NCBI GenBank assembly: GCA_036382875.1
Contig: DASVPJ010000041.1
Span: 2,505-66,504 of the forward strand
Reading direction: 5' to 3'
DNA from: Mycobacteriales bacterium
Lineage (GTDB): Bacteria > Actinomycetota > Actinomycetes > BP-191
Length of the DNA stretch: 64,000 nt
Shown: positions 9,111 through 18,457 of the stretch, in pieces
Layout: each line of letters begins with the position of its first letter
How positions within the stretch are numbered: the stretch's first letter is position 1
Notes under the pieces: model-generated
The model's database searches: none
What the model was told of the DNA's origin: nothing
The model's input: the letters and a program-made list of their open reading frames with translations, nothing else
Position numbers and translations under genes: made by a program

Positions 9111-9965
9111 ATGACCACCCTCGTGAGACTCCGACACGCCCTCCCCCTCGCCCTCGCCGCGCTCACCCTGGCAGTGCCGTCGCAGGCCGCGCCGCCGCTG
9201 CGCTACGTCGCGCTCGGCGACTCGTACAGCGCGGCCTCCGGCGTGCTGCCGCCGGACCCGTTCGCGCCGCCGGAGTGCCTGCGCTCGCTGAGCAACTTCG
9301 CGAACGTCGTCGCCGACGCCACCGGCGCGGCGCTCACCGACGTCACGTGCGGCGCCGCCGAGACCGGCCACTTCTTCGCGCCGCAGTACGACAACGTCCC
9401 GCCGCAGCTCGACGCGCTCACCAAGGACGCCCAGCTCGTCACCATGACGATCGGCGGCAACGACAGCGGCGTCTTCATCAACGCGATCGTGAGCTGCGGC
9501 TCCGCCGGGATGTCCACCGGCGGCCAGGGCAGCCCGTGCAAGGACCGCTACGGCACGTCGTTCGAGGACACGATCCGCTCGACCACGTACCCGTCGCTCG
9601 TCGCCGCGCTCGGCGCGGTGCGCGACCGCGCGCCGCGCGCCAAGGTGGCGATCCTCGGCTACCCGTGGATCCTGCCGGAGACGGTCGGCTGCTTCGAACG
9701 CATGCCGGTCGCCGAGGGCGACGTGCCGTACCTGCGCGGCGTGCAGGCGACGTTGAACGACGCCGTCGCCCGCGCCGCCGCCGCGACCGGCGCGACGTTC
9801 GTCGACCTCAGCGCCGTCTCGGACGCGCACGACGCCTGCCGCCCGATCGGCGAGCGCTGGATCGAGCCGGTCGTCACGACCACCAACCCGGTCGCCGTGC
9901 ACCCGAACGCCCTCGGCGAGGCCGGCATGGCCGCCGAGACGATGCGCGTGCTGAAGCTCGGCTGA
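9111..9965 (+). CDS. Secreted SGNH/GDSL hydrolase (lipase/esterase)
   Basis: Signal peptide; GDSYS block (YVALGDSYSA), GGND block (TIGGNDSG), C-terminal catalytic region. Confidence 0.8.
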   Translation: MTTLVRLRHALPLALAALTLAVPSQAAPPLRYVALGDSYSAASGVLPPDPFAPPECLRSLSNFANVVADATGAALTDVTCGAAETGHFFAPQYDNVPPQLDALTKDAQLVTMTIGGNDSGVFINAIVSCGSAGMSTGGQGSPCKDRYGTSFEDTIRSTTYPSLVAALGAVRDRAPRAKVAILGYPWILPETVGCFERMPVAEGDVPYLRGVQATLNDAVARAAAATGATFVDLSAVSDAHDACRPIGERWIEPVVTTTNPVAVHPNALGEAGMAAETMRVLKLG

Positions 9966-9966
9966 C

Positions 9967-10812
9967 GTGCCGACCGCCGAGGAGGTCAGGGACGCGCAGC
10001 GGGCCGCGTGGGCGGGCCTGTCCGCGGGCTGGGAGAAGTGGGACGCGGTCATCATGGACCAGCTCCGGCCGGTCACGACCGCGATCGTCGAACGCCTCGG
10101 CGTGGCCCCGGACCAGCACCACCTCGACGTCGCCGCGGGCACCGGCGAGCCGGGCCTGACCGTCGCGCGGCTGGCGCCGGAGGGGCGGGTCGTGCTGACC
10201 GACCTGTCGCCGGAGATGCTCGACGTCGCCGCCCGCCGCGCCCGCGCGCAGGGCGTCGCGAACGTCGAGACGGCCGTGTGCAGCGCCGACGACCTGCCGT
10301 TCGAGGACGCGTCGTTCGACAGCGTGTCGGTGCGGTTCGGGTTCATGTTCTTCCCGGACCTGGCCCCCGCGACGGCCGAGATCGCGCGGGTGCTCCGGCC
10401 CGGCGGCCGGCTCTGCGCGTCGGTCTGGGTCCGGCCCGAGGCCAACCCGTGGACGACGATCGCCATGCGCGCGATCGGCACCGAGGCGCTGGTCCCGCCG
10501 CCCGCGCCCGACGGGCCGAACATGTACCGCTGCGCCGCGCCCGGCGCCGTCGCCGCGCTCTACGAGGCCGCCGGGCTGCGCGACGTCGAGGAGTGGGACG
10601 TCGACGTCGCGCTCGTGACCCGTTCGGCCGAGGAGTACTGGGAAATGATCAGCGAGCACGTCTCGCTGGCCGTCGTGGCGCTCCAGCAGGTCGACGCGCC
10701 CGCGCGGGAACGGATCCGCGCGCGGGCCATCGCGGACGTCGCCGCGTTCGCCCAGGACGGCGAGGTGCGGGTGCCCGGCGCGGCGCGCTGCATCGCCGGT
10801 ACGAAGCCATGA
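9967..10812 (+). CDS. Class I SAM-dependent methyltransferase
   Basis: GTG start 1 nt after upstream stop; motif I (LDVAAGTGEPGL), DLSPEML, acidic/aromatic post-I regions (SADDLPFEDASFD). Confidence 0.8.
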   Translation: MPTAEEVRDAQRAAWAGLSAGWEKWDAVIMDQLRPVTTAIVERLGVAPDQHHLDVAAGTGEPGLTVARLAPEGRVVLTDLSPEMLDVAARRARAQGVANVETAVCSADDLPFEDASFDSVSVRFGFMFFPDLAPATAEIARVLRPGGRLCASVWVRPEANPWTTIAMRAIGTEALVPPPAPDGPNMYRCAAPGAVAALYEAAGLRDVEEWDVDVALVTRSAEEYWEMISEHVSLAVVALQQVDAPARERIRARAIADVAAFAQDGEVRVPGAARCIAGTKP

Positions 10813-10838
10813 CCGCCAGCACACCCAGGAGGCCCACC

Positions 10839-11015
10839 ATGCCCGTCCGCACCCTGCTCGCCGCGACGGCGCTCGCGCTCGTCGCGGTGCCGTTCGCCGG
10901 CCCGTCGCAGGCCGGCTGCACCAGCGACCTGCTCGGCACCCGCCCGCCGGACCCGCACAGCATCACCGCGACGTACATCCAGGCGGCGGCGGACTTCGTC
11001 GCCTGCGCGGTCTGA
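10839..11015 (+). CDS. Small secreted protein (59 aa, 2 Cys)
   Basis: ATG preceded by AGGAGG; GC3-rich; signal peptide MPVRTLLAATALALVAVPFAGPSQAG then 33-aa mature part. Confidence 0.45.
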   Translation: MPVRTLLAATALALVAVPFAGPSQAGCTSDLLGTRPPDPHSITATYIQAAADFVACAV

Positions 11016-11125
11016 TCCCGCCGTCCCGCGACCGGCTGCGCGAGCTGGGCTACGAGCTCGGCTCGCGCGCCGAGGGCGGCCTGTCCGAGGGCGCCTGGTT
11101 CGCCACCGCGCCCGACGGCGCGCCG

Positions 11126-11863
11126 GTGGTGCTCAAGTGGTTCCCGGACGAGGCCGCCGCCGATCGCTACGCCGCTTTGCTGCCCGCCCTGGACACGCTG
11201 CGTTCGCGCGGCGTCCCCGTGCCGGTCTACTCCGAGGTGCGCGTCGTCGACGGATGGACCGTGTCGGCGCAGCAGCGCCTGCCGGGGACGTCGCCGCGCA
11301 ACCCGCCGCCCGCGGTGGTGGCCCGGGTGTTCGAGTGCACCGCGCTGATGGCCGGGATCGAGTGCCCGCTGCCGACGCCCGACGGGCTGCCCTGGGGCGA
11401 GTCGGTCGTGCGCGCGCTCACCGCCGGCTCGGAGGAGTGGGCGCGGCACGAGCCGATGCGCGCCGGCGGGCCGCGCAGCGCCGCCGTGCTGGACCGGGTC
11501 CGCGCCGTCGGCGCCGAGGCCGACCCGGCGTGGTTCCCCTCGAACGGGCTCGTGCACCTCGACCTGCACACCGACAACGTCCTCGTCGGCGACCGCGGCA
11601 CGCTGACCGGGATCATCGACTGGGACGGCGCGTGCGCGGGCGACCCGCGCTTCGACCTCGTCCGGTTCGCGTTCGACCTCGACGGTCACGACCAGCCGGT
11701 CTGGGCGGACGTCGAGGCGACCGGCATCGAGCGACGGGTGCTGCTGGCCTACGCCGCGCACCACGCGCTGCGTTGCACGTCCTGGCAGATCCAGCAGCGC
11801 ACCGACGACGTGCCGCGCCAGCTCGCCCGCGCCGAGCGCGTCCTCGACCGGTACGGCGCCTAG
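11126..11863 (+). CDS. Aminoglycoside/small-molecule phosphotransferase (APH/protein-kinase-like) family protein; annotated from first in-frame GTG, true N-terminus probably upstream (non-canonical start or truncation)
   Basis: Brenner motif HLDLHTDNVLV and IIDWDGACAGDPRFD; conserved ATP-binding VLK at the very N-terminus; frame is open back to 11018 (RDRLRELGYELGSRAEGGLSEGAWFATAPDGAPVVLK) but contains no ATG/GTG/TTG. Confidence 0.65.
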   Translation: MVLKWFPDEAAADRYAALLPALDTLRSRGVPVPVYSEVRVVDGWTVSAQQRLPGTSPRNPPPAVVARVFECTALMAGIECPLPTPDGLPWGESVVRALTAGSEEWARHEPMRAGGPRSAAVLDRVRAVGAEADPAWFPSNGLVHLDLHTDNVLVGDRGTLTGIIDWDGACAGDPRFDLVRFAFDLDGHDQPVWADVEATGIERRVLLAYAAHHALRCTSWQIQQRTDDVPRQLARAERVLDRYGA

Positions 11864-11876
11864 CGGGTCGCGCCCG

Positions 11877-12308
11877 TCAGAGCGTGTACTCCGGCGCGTC
11901 GCTGACGGACCGGAAGCGGCGGGCCAGCACGGCGAGCAGCCGCTTCGCGACCGAGGGGTGGCGGTCGAGCAGGTCGCTGAACGCCCGCGGCTCGATCGCG
12001 AGCAGCTCCATGTCGGTGGCCGCCGTCACCGTCGCGGTGCGCGACGCGGTGTCCAGCAGCGCCATCTCGCCGACGCACTCGCCCGGCCCGAGCGTCGCCA
12101 CCGCGCGCCCCCTGACCGACACCTCCGCGGTGCCGTTCACGATGACGAAGCACTCCTGCCCGGGCGTGCCCTCCTTCGTCAGCACGGCGCCCTGCTCGAC
12201 CGACAGCTCGTCGACGAGGCCGGCGATGTCGGCGAGCTCCTTCGGCGTGCACAGCCGGAACAGCGCGACCTCGCGCAGGATCTCGACCTTGCGGCTCTTG
12301 GTACGCAC
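11877..12308 (-). CDS. Cyclic-nucleotide-binding (cNMP/Crp-like) domain protein
   Basis: GTG 12308 after GGAGGGG SD; cNMP-binding motifs (VEQGAVLTKEGTPGQECFVIVNGTAEV, GPGECVGEMALL...RTATVTA). Confidence 0.7.
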   Translation of the reverse strand: MRTKSRKVEILREVALFRLCTPKELADIAGLVDELSVEQGAVLTKEGTPGQECFVIVNGTAEVSVRGRAVATLGPGECVGEMALLDTASRTATVTAATDMELLAIEPRAFSDLLDRHPSVAKRLLAVLARRFRSVSDAPEYTL

Positions 12309-12455
12309 GGTGCCCCTCCAGGCGCGGCGACCCGGGCGGCCGCCGCCACCCGGCGCGCCGTACCGGACCCCTGCAAGTCCGGCGCCCATGCTGTGGCGCG
12401 CCCGGCGGCCCCGCAAGGCCTCGCCGCTGTGACGCTGCCCACAGGCGGCCGCGGC

Positions 12456-13178
12456 TCAGGCCGGGGGGAACAGGTGCCACGCGCCTTCCGACACGACCTC
12501 CACGGTCCCGTCCACCACGGTCAGCGCGGTCGCGTCGTCGATCGCGTAGGTCGGCACCGGCAGCCGGGCGGCCCACGCCCGCGCGTGGGCGGTCGACGCG
12601 TCGGGGTGGTCCGGGTGGTCCAGGTGCGGGATCACGGCGAAGTCCGCGAACCCCGCGCCCGCCGCCGTGACGAACGTCCTCGCGACGTCGCCGAACACCG
12701 CCTCCTCCGACGTCAGCACCGGCCCGCGGTGGGTCAGCGGCTCGGTGTACGTCTCCCCGAACGTCGCCGCCGTCGCGATCGACCCGGCGCTGACGCCGAC
12801 GTAGACCAGCCGGTCCAGCGACGGCAGCACCTCCGCCAGGCCCGACTCGCGCAGCCACCAGCTCAGGTAGACCGGGTCGCCGCCCCAGACCAGCAGCGCG
12901 TCCGCGGCCTCGACGCCCGGCAGCCAGACCTCCCGGTCGATGCTGGGCAGCGCGGTGAGCTCGAGCACGCCCAGGGACGCCCACCCGAGGTCGGTCAGCG
13001 GCGTCGCGACCTCGCCGCGGACCAGCCGGGCCGCCATCACCGGACCGACCCCGAACGGGTGGATCCCCGTCGGGACGACCAGTGCCGCGCACTCGCCGAC
13101 CGGCTTGCCGAGCAGTCTCGTCAGCGCGTCGCGGATGGTCGCGTTGCTGACGCCCGACGAGGTGAGAAGCAGCTTCAT
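12456..13178 (-). CDS. Peptidase S51 (dipeptidase E/cyanophycinase-like) family protein
   Basis: ATG 13178 (MKLLLTSSGVSN...); S51 pattern (VYVGVSAGSIA), class I glutamine-amidotransferase-like fold. Confidence 0.75.
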   Translation of the reverse strand: MKLLLTSSGVSNATIRDALTRLLGKPVGECAALVVPTGIHPFGVGPVMAARLVRGEVATPLTDLGWASLGVLELTALPSIDREVWLPGVEAADALLVWGGDPVYLSWWLRESGLAEVLPSLDRLVYVGVSAGSIATAATFGETYTEPLTHRGPVLTSEEAVFGDVARTFVTAAGAGFADFAVIPHLDHPDHPDASTAHARAWAARLPVPTYAIDDATALTVVDGTVEVVSEGAWHLFPPA

Positions 13179-13261
13179 GCGAGCACCATGCCGCACTCGG
13201 GCGCCCGGGCGCCCGGGCGCCCGAGTGCCCGAGTGGCGCGGGCGCCCGGGTGCGGCGGTGG

Positions 13262-14176
13262 CTAGGCGGGGCCGCGCAGCGTGACGTCGACCGCGCCGCC
13301 CACGCGCTCGCGGATCGTCGTGCACCGCGTGCCGGTCGGCACCTCGGTCACCTGCGTCGCGCCGGTCATGCCGAGGTCGCGCACCGCCTTGTCCACCAGC
13401 GCCCGCGTCGCGGCGAGCGGCCGGCACTGCCTCGCGATCTCGCGCAGCCGCGCGGCGAGCGCGACGTGCCCGCCCTGCTCGTCCGCCGGGTCGGTCCCGC
13501 GGGCCAGGAGCCAGACGGTGCGGGTGACCGGGTCGGCGCTGCCGGCGTCGGTGCACCGGCCCGCGTCGCGCGGCGTGACGGTCCACCCGACGAGGCCGGT
13601 GCGGGCGACCTCGGCGCGGGCGAACGCCACCGCCTCGGCCTGGGTGAAGCAGCGCGAGCCGAGCCCGGCGACGTAGTCGTCGAGCGACTCCTGCAGGTCG
13701 ATGAGCGCGACGTTCTGGCCCTGGCCCGCCGGGAGCGGCGTGCCGCCGGACGGCGCCGGGTCGGCGGCGGGCTGCACGAGGATGCCGCCGTGGCCGTTGT
13801 CGTACGCGACCAGCGGCGGCGCCGCGACGCCGAGGTCACGCGTCCACTGCGCCGCGCAGTCGGCGACGGGGTCGCCGGAGACGGCGGTGATGATCGACGC
13901 CGAGCCGCCGATCTGGCACTGCAGCGACGTGGTGTCGCGGGGGTCGCCGGCCCTGACGATCGCCCAGCCGATCGTCCCGCTGGCGGCCAGGGTGACCCCG
14001 GTGACGCCGGCCACGAGCTGCGCGCGGCGGCGACGGCGGGGGGAGGGAACAGGGGGTACGGGCATGGCCACGATCCGTTCGAGCAGGGCCTCGCGGGCCT
14101 CGGCACCGGTCGCTCGGGCCACCTGCTCGTCGGCCACGCGCGCCAGCCGGCGCACCGCGTCGTCGTGGGAGCTCAC
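13262..14176 (-). CDS. Anti-sigma factor (membrane-spanning), cognate to upstream ECF sigma
   Basis: GTG 14176 overlaps sigma gene stop (GTGA); one TM helix (AQLVAGVTGVTLAASGTIGWAIV); GC3-rich; Cys-containing extracytoplasmic domain. Confidence 0.65.
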   Translation of the reverse strand: MSSHDDAVRRLARVADEQVARATGAEAREALLERIVAMPVPPVPSPRRRRRAQLVAGVTGVTLAASGTIGWAIVRAGDPRDTTSLQCQIGGSASIITAVSGDPVADCAAQWTRDLGVAAPPLVAYDNGHGGILVQPAADPAPSGGTPLPAGQGQNVALIDLQESLDDYVAGLGSRCFTQAEAVAFARAEVARTGLVGWTVTPRDAGRCTDAGSADPVTRTVWLLARGTDPADEQGGHVALAARLREIARQCRPLAATRALVDKAVRDLGMTGATQVTEVPTGTRCTTIRERVGGAVDVTLRGPA

Positions 14177-14760
14177 AGGCCGTCCTCCGTCGTACCGGGA
14201 CGGGCGATCGCCCGTCGTGCCGTCGCATGTCCGGCCGCGGCCGTGCGTTGCACGTCCCGCCGCCGGGCCTCCGCGAAGCGGTGGCGGGCCCGGTGCAGCC
14301 GCACCCGGACGAGCGGGCGGCTCACGCCCAGCGCCACGGCGAGCTCCTCGTGCGTCAGCCCCTCCCACGCCACGAGCGCCAGCAGCTCGCGGTCGCTCTC
14401 GCGCAACGCCGCGAACGCCCGCGCCACCGAGCCGTCGGTCTCCGGCGCCGGCACCGCCTCGCCGAGGACGGCGAGCTCGGCCGCGAGGCGCTCGGTCAGC
14501 GCGGCGCGGCGGCGTTCGCCCCGGCGGTGGTTCGCCAGCGCGCGGCGCGCGACGCCGTAGACCCACGGCCGCAGCTCGTCGCCCGCGGGCGCGTCGTCGA
14601 AGCGACGCCACAGCGTCAGGAACGTCTCCGCCACGACCTCGGCGGCGTCCTGCGGGTCGGCGAGGCGGCGCGCGGCGTAGCCGCACACCGGCGCGTAGAG
14701 CGCGCGGTACGCGCTCTCGAACAGCTCGCGCCGTTCGTCGTCGTCCACCCAGCCGCCCAC
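14173..14760 (-). CDS. ECF (sigma-70 family group 4) RNA polymerase sigma factor
   Basis: Region 2 (ELFESAYRALYAPVCGYAARRLADPQDAAEVVAETFLTLWRRFDD) and region 4 (LALVAWEGLTHEELAVALGVSRPLVRVRLHRARHRF). Confidence 0.85.
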   Translation of the reverse strand: MGGWVDDDERRELFESAYRALYAPVCGYAARRLADPQDAAEVVAETFLTLWRRFDDAPAGDELRPWVYGVARRALANHRRGERRRAALTERLAAELAVLGEAVPAPETDGSVARAFAALRESDRELLALVAWEGLTHEELAVALGVSRPLVRVRLHRARHRFAEARRRDVQRTAAAGHATARRAIARPGTTEDGL

Positions 14761-14809
14761 CTGTCGTCGGACCCCGTCGCCAGGCGCATGTCCGGTCCGG
14801 GCGCCAGCG

Positions 14810-15661
14810 TTGCACCTCGGCCCCCGCGCCGCCCGGCGCCTCTACGCTGCGGCCGTGGACGCCGCCGTCGCGCAGCTCGCCGCCCTCGTCGCGCAGGGCA
14901 ACGCCGCCCTCGCCGGCGACGCCGAGGCCGGTGCGCGGGTCGAGGCCGGCTCGACGTTCCGGTACGTGCGGGCGGTGCGGTTCGAGCGGCAGGAGGGCTC
15001 GCCGCCCGTGACGACGCACGCGGAGGACAGCGCGGCGGGCTGGTTCCGGCAACTCGCGGAGTGGGGGGTGACGGCGCTCTGGCTCGACCCGCGGCCGCTC
15101 GCCGTCCCGACGCTCGCCCCGCACCTGCTCGCGGCGTGGACCAACGGCAGCCGCGTCTCGATCGTCACGGAGGGCGCGGAGCCGCGGCTGCGGTGGATCG
15201 CGTCGCGGCACGTCGACCGCGTGCCGACGGAGGCGGACGAGCGGGTGTGGGCGGTCCACTGCGTCGGGCGGCCCGACATCGCGGACCTCGCCCCGCGGCC
15301 GACGATCCCCGAGGCGGCGGCCGCGTTGGAGGCGCTCGTCCGGGCGGCGCGCGAGCTCGCCCGCCGGATGGACGAGACGTTCTGGGGCGGTCAGCTCGAA
15401 CGCGCCCTCGCCCGGCTCACCGACGACGACCCCGCGACGAAGCACCACGACGACGTCCTGCCGCCCTCGGCCGAGCTCGACCGCCGCCGGCTGTTCGCGG
15501 CGGCCGTCGGCGCGTACGTGTTCGGCGGCATGGGCACCTGGAACGACATCGGGCCGCCGCCCGACGACGAGGAGGCCAACGCCGAGTACGACCGGGTCAC
15601 GCCCGCCCTCTACGCCGCGGTCCTCGACGCCGTCGCCGCCGCGGTGAACCCGCGCCGGTGA
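14810..15661 (+). CDS. Hypothetical protein (start codon uncertain, TTG 14810 or downstream GTG)
   Basis: GC3-rich frame, non-repetitive composition; divergent from ECF sigma gene; no recognised motif. Confidence 0.5.
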   Translation: MHLGPRAARRLYAAAVDAAVAQLAALVAQGNAALAGDAEAGARVEAGSTFRYVRAVRFERQEGSPPVTTHAEDSAAGWFRQLAEWGVTALWLDPRPLAVPTLAPHLLAAWTNGSRVSIVTEGAEPRLRWIASRHVDRVPTEADERVWAVHCVGRPDIADLAPRPTIPEAAAALEALVRAARELARRMDETFWGGQLERALARLTDDDPATKHHDDVLPPSAELDRRRLFAAAVGAYVFGGMGTWNDIGPPPDDEEANAEYDRVTPALYAAVLDAVAAAVNPRR

Positions 15662-15774
15662 GCCCGTCGCGCGACGCCCCGACCGGCTGATCCGGCCCGG
15701 CGGGCGGGGGCGGCGCGCGTACCATGGACCGAGCCGCACGAGGCGGTGGTCGAGGTGCGGAGGGGGGCGGCCGC

Positions 15775-16227
15775 GTGTACAAGGCGATCGTTCGTTCGCT
15801 GATCCGGAAGGACGTCGCCGCGCTGGTCGCGGGCGACCCGGGCCCGGCGGCGGCGAGGTACGCCGACGACGCCGTCCTGAGGTTCCCAGGCCAGAACTCC
15901 TGGGCGATGCAGCACCGGGACACCCCGCCGTCGACCGAGGAGTTCGCGACGCACCGCGGCCGCGCCGAGATCGAGGCGTTCCTCGCCCGGTACACCGCCG
16001 AGGGCATGAAGATGCACGTCGACGACATCCTGGTGAACGGCTTCCCCTGGCACACCCGCGCGGCGGTGCGGGTCACCCATGTGGCGCCGGACCGGACCGA
16101 GACGCGCGGCGTCATGTTCATCACCTCCCGCTGGGGCAAGGTCGTCGCGCAGGAGGACTACGAGGACACGCAGGCCATCGCGGCCCGCGAAGCCGGTCGC
16201 ACTCCCTCGGCCGCCGGCGGCCGGTGA
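15775..16227 (+). CDS. SnoaL-like/NTF2-fold protein (first gene of terpenoid-type operon)
   Basis: GTG 15775 after GGAGGGGGG; NTF2-like pattern (FLARYTAEGMKMHVDDILVNGFPWHTRAAVRVTH...WGKVVAQEDYEDT); stop overlaps next gene's start. Confidence 0.6.
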   Translation: MYKAIVRSLIRKDVAALVAGDPGPAAARYADDAVLRFPGQNSWAMQHRDTPPSTEEFATHRGRAEIEAFLARYTAEGMKMHVDDILVNGFPWHTRAAVRVTHVAPDRTETRGVMFITSRWGKVVAQEDYEDTQAIAAREAGRTPSAAGGR

Positions 16228-17228
16228 CCGTCTTCGCCTCGCGCGAGGCGACGTTCTCCGGTCTCGACGAGCTCCCGCTCGCGCCCGTCGAGGACGAGCT
16301 CGCCCGGAGGCTGACGGCCGGCTCGGCGTTCGACGACGTGTACGCCCACGTGCTCGCGGTGCCGGGGAAGCGGCTGCGCGCCCGGCTCGTCCTCGGCTGC
16401 GCGGCGCTCGGCGAGGCGCCGCTCACCGCGTGGGACCGGCGGGACGCGGTCGAGCTCGCCGCCGTGATCGAGATGCTGCACGAGGCGTCGCTGATCCACG
16501 ACGACATCTGCGACGGCTCCACCGAACGCCGTGGCGCCCCGTCCGTCGCGGCGGCGTTCGGCGTCGGCCGCGCGGCCCGCGCCGGGTTCCACCTGGCGGG
16601 GGAGGCCCTGCGGCTGTGCGCCGACGTCCTCGACCGCAGCGACACGCTGCGCCGCATCACGCCGTCGAGCCGGCGCGTGGGCGACGGCGGGCTCGGGGCG
16701 CTGTCGTTCGGCCAGCTCCTCGAGACCGTGGCGCCGACCGGTGACGTCGCGTCGTCCCGGCGCCACTACGGCAAGGTCGCGCGGGCGAAGACCGGCACGA
16801 TGTTCCGGCTGGCCTGCGAGATGGGCGCGGCCGTGGCGCGGTGCGGTGACGCCGAGCGCGCGGCGCTGCGGACGTTCGCGGACCGGCTCGCCGTCGCGTA
16901 CCAGATCGTCGACGACGTGCGCGACGTCGAGGGCGCCGCGACGCTCGGCAAGCGGCGCGGCACCGACGCGTCCCGCCGTACGTTGTCGTGGCCGATCATC
17001 GAGTGGCTCGCGACCTCGCCCACGGCGCGCGATCGCTGGGCGGCGGCCGACGTCGCCCCCGTCGCGTTGTGCGACGACGTCACCGCGTCCGGCGCGACCG
17101 TCCGGGCCCGGCGCGAGGCGGCGCGCGTCGTCGGGGAAGCCGTCGACGCGCTGCGCGTGCTGCGGCCGTCCGCGGCCACCCGCGCCCTGGCCGACCTCGC
17201 CACGCGGACCGTCGGGGACGGACGGTGA
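16224..17228 (+). CDS. Polyprenyl diphosphate synthase (trans-isoprenyl diphosphate synthase)
   Basis: First Asp-rich motif LIHDDICDGSTERRG, second QIVDDVRD; GTG start in GTGA overlap with upstream gene. Confidence 0.85.
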   Translation: MTVFASREATFSGLDELPLAPVEDELARRLTAGSAFDDVYAHVLAVPGKRLRARLVLGCAALGEAPLTAWDRRDAVELAAVIEMLHEASLIHDDICDGSTERRGAPSVAAAFGVGRAARAGFHLAGEALRLCADVLDRSDTLRRITPSSRRVGDGGLGALSFGQLLETVAPTGDVASSRRHYGKVARAKTGTMFRLACEMGAAVARCGDAERAALRTFADRLAVAYQIVDDVRDVEGAATLGKRRGTDASRRTLSWPIIEWLATSPTARDRWAAADVAPVALCDDVTASGATVRARREAARVVGEAVDALRVLRPSAATRALADLATRTVGDGR

Positions 17229-18457
17229 CCGCCGACGCGCTCGTGCGGGCGGCGTTGCTGGCCCGTGGCAGCGTTGCGCTGCGCGCGGCCCCGCCCGTCG
17301 AGCGGGTGCTCCGCGCGCGGTCACCGCGCGCGCTCGCCCGGGCCGCCCTCGTGCCCGCGGGGCGGAACCTCGGCATGGCGATCGCGATGCTGCCGGCCGG
17401 CCAGCGGCACGAGGCCACCGCGGCGTTCCTGGCCTGCCGGGTGCTCGACGCGTTCGAGGACCTCGGCCCCGACCCGGTGGCCGGCATCCACGCCGCGGCG
17501 CGCTACCTCACCGGCTCGTCACCGGCCATGCCCGCCGCCGGCACGCTGCGCGCGAGCCGGCCGTCCGAGCACCTCGACCGCGCGCTCGCCGTCCGCATCG
17601 ACCTCGTACGCGCGCTCGTCACCTCGCTCGACGCCGACCGCGGGCGGCGCGTCGAACGCCTCGTCGCCGACGTCGCCGCCGCGATGGCCGCGCACGCCGG
17701 CCGGCAGGAGCGGCGCGCGTACGGCGGCGACGTCCTCGGCCGCGCCGTCGCGTACGCCGGCGAGGTCGTCACCGACGAGGCCGGCGACGACGGTCCGGCC
17801 GACCGCGGCGTGCACCGCGCCGTCGGCTACCTGCTGCAGCTCGCCAACGACCTCCGCGACGACACCCGCGCGCCGTACGGCGCGGACTCCGCCGAGGAGC
17901 TGCGCTACGTCGTCTTCCTGTCGTCGCTGACCGGGTCGCTCGCCGCGCTGGACCTCGTCAGGTCGCTCCACCGCCGGGCCGCGAGCTGCGGCGGCCGCGT
18001 CGCGGTCGCCGCGATGATGCTGCACACGACCGCGTACTTCTGCCGTGCCGCCGGTGTGCGGCCGCCCGTCCCGCGCCGCGCGCGGCTCCTGCGCGCCGTG
18101 CTGGCCGCGCGCGGCGAGCGGCCGTTCGAGCGGCTCTGCCGCCGCGTCGAGGTCGCCGCCGACGCCTGCCTCAACCGCACCGTCACCGCGGCCGGCGCCG
18201 GCGACGACCTCGTGCTGTTCACGGCACCCCGCGGCACGACCGGGCGGGGCGTCGCCGCGCTGGCCGTCGACGCGGCCACCCACCTCATGGCGCCGCTGCC
18301 CGCCGGCCCGTTGCGCGGCCCGCTGCCGCCCGCGCAGGTGCGGGCCATGATGCTCGCCGACCACGTCGTACTCGACGCCGTCGAGCCGACGGACGACGGC
18401 GACACCGGCGACCTGCGCGAGCTCGCCGACCTCCTGCAGCGGGCGGCGGCGTCGTGA
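17225..18457 (+). CDS. Squalene/phytoene synthase family (head-to-head isoprenoid synthase-like) protein
   Basis: GTGA-coupled start; class-1 isoprenoid synthase fold signatures with atypical first motif (FLACRVLDAFEDLG) and second motif YLLQLANDLRDD. Confidence 0.6.
   Translation: MTADALVRAALLARGSVALRAAPPVERVLRARSPRALARAALVPAGRNLGMAIAMLPAGQRHEATAAFLACRVLDAFEDLGPDPVAGIHAAARYLTGSSPAMPAAGTLRASRPSEHLDRALAVRIDLVRALVTSLDADRGRRVERLVADVAAAMAAHAGRQERRAYGGDVLGRAVAYAGEVVTDEAGDDGPADRGVHRAVGYLLQLANDLRDDTRAPYGADSAEELRYVVFLSSLTGSLAALDLVRSLHRRAASCGGRVAVAAMMLHTTAYFCRAAGVRPPVPRRARLLRAVLAARGERPFERLCRRVEVAADACLNRTVTAAGAGDDLVLFTAPRGTTGRGVAALAVDAATHLMAPLPAGPLRGPLPPAQVRAMMLADHVVLDAVEPTDDGDTGDLRELADLLQRAAAS

Noticed and set aside
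10008-11015. 335-aa + ORF overlapping the methyltransferase
   Set aside because: Arg-rich alternative frame; only its last 59 codons (10839-11015, own AGGAGG SD and signal peptide) look genuine.
13262-15739. 825-aa minus ORF read as one gene
   Set aside because: Only 13262-14176 (anti-sigma factor, GTGA-coupled to the sigma gene) is coding. The upstream part overlaps the ECF sigma and the divergent 14810-15661 gene in wrong frames.
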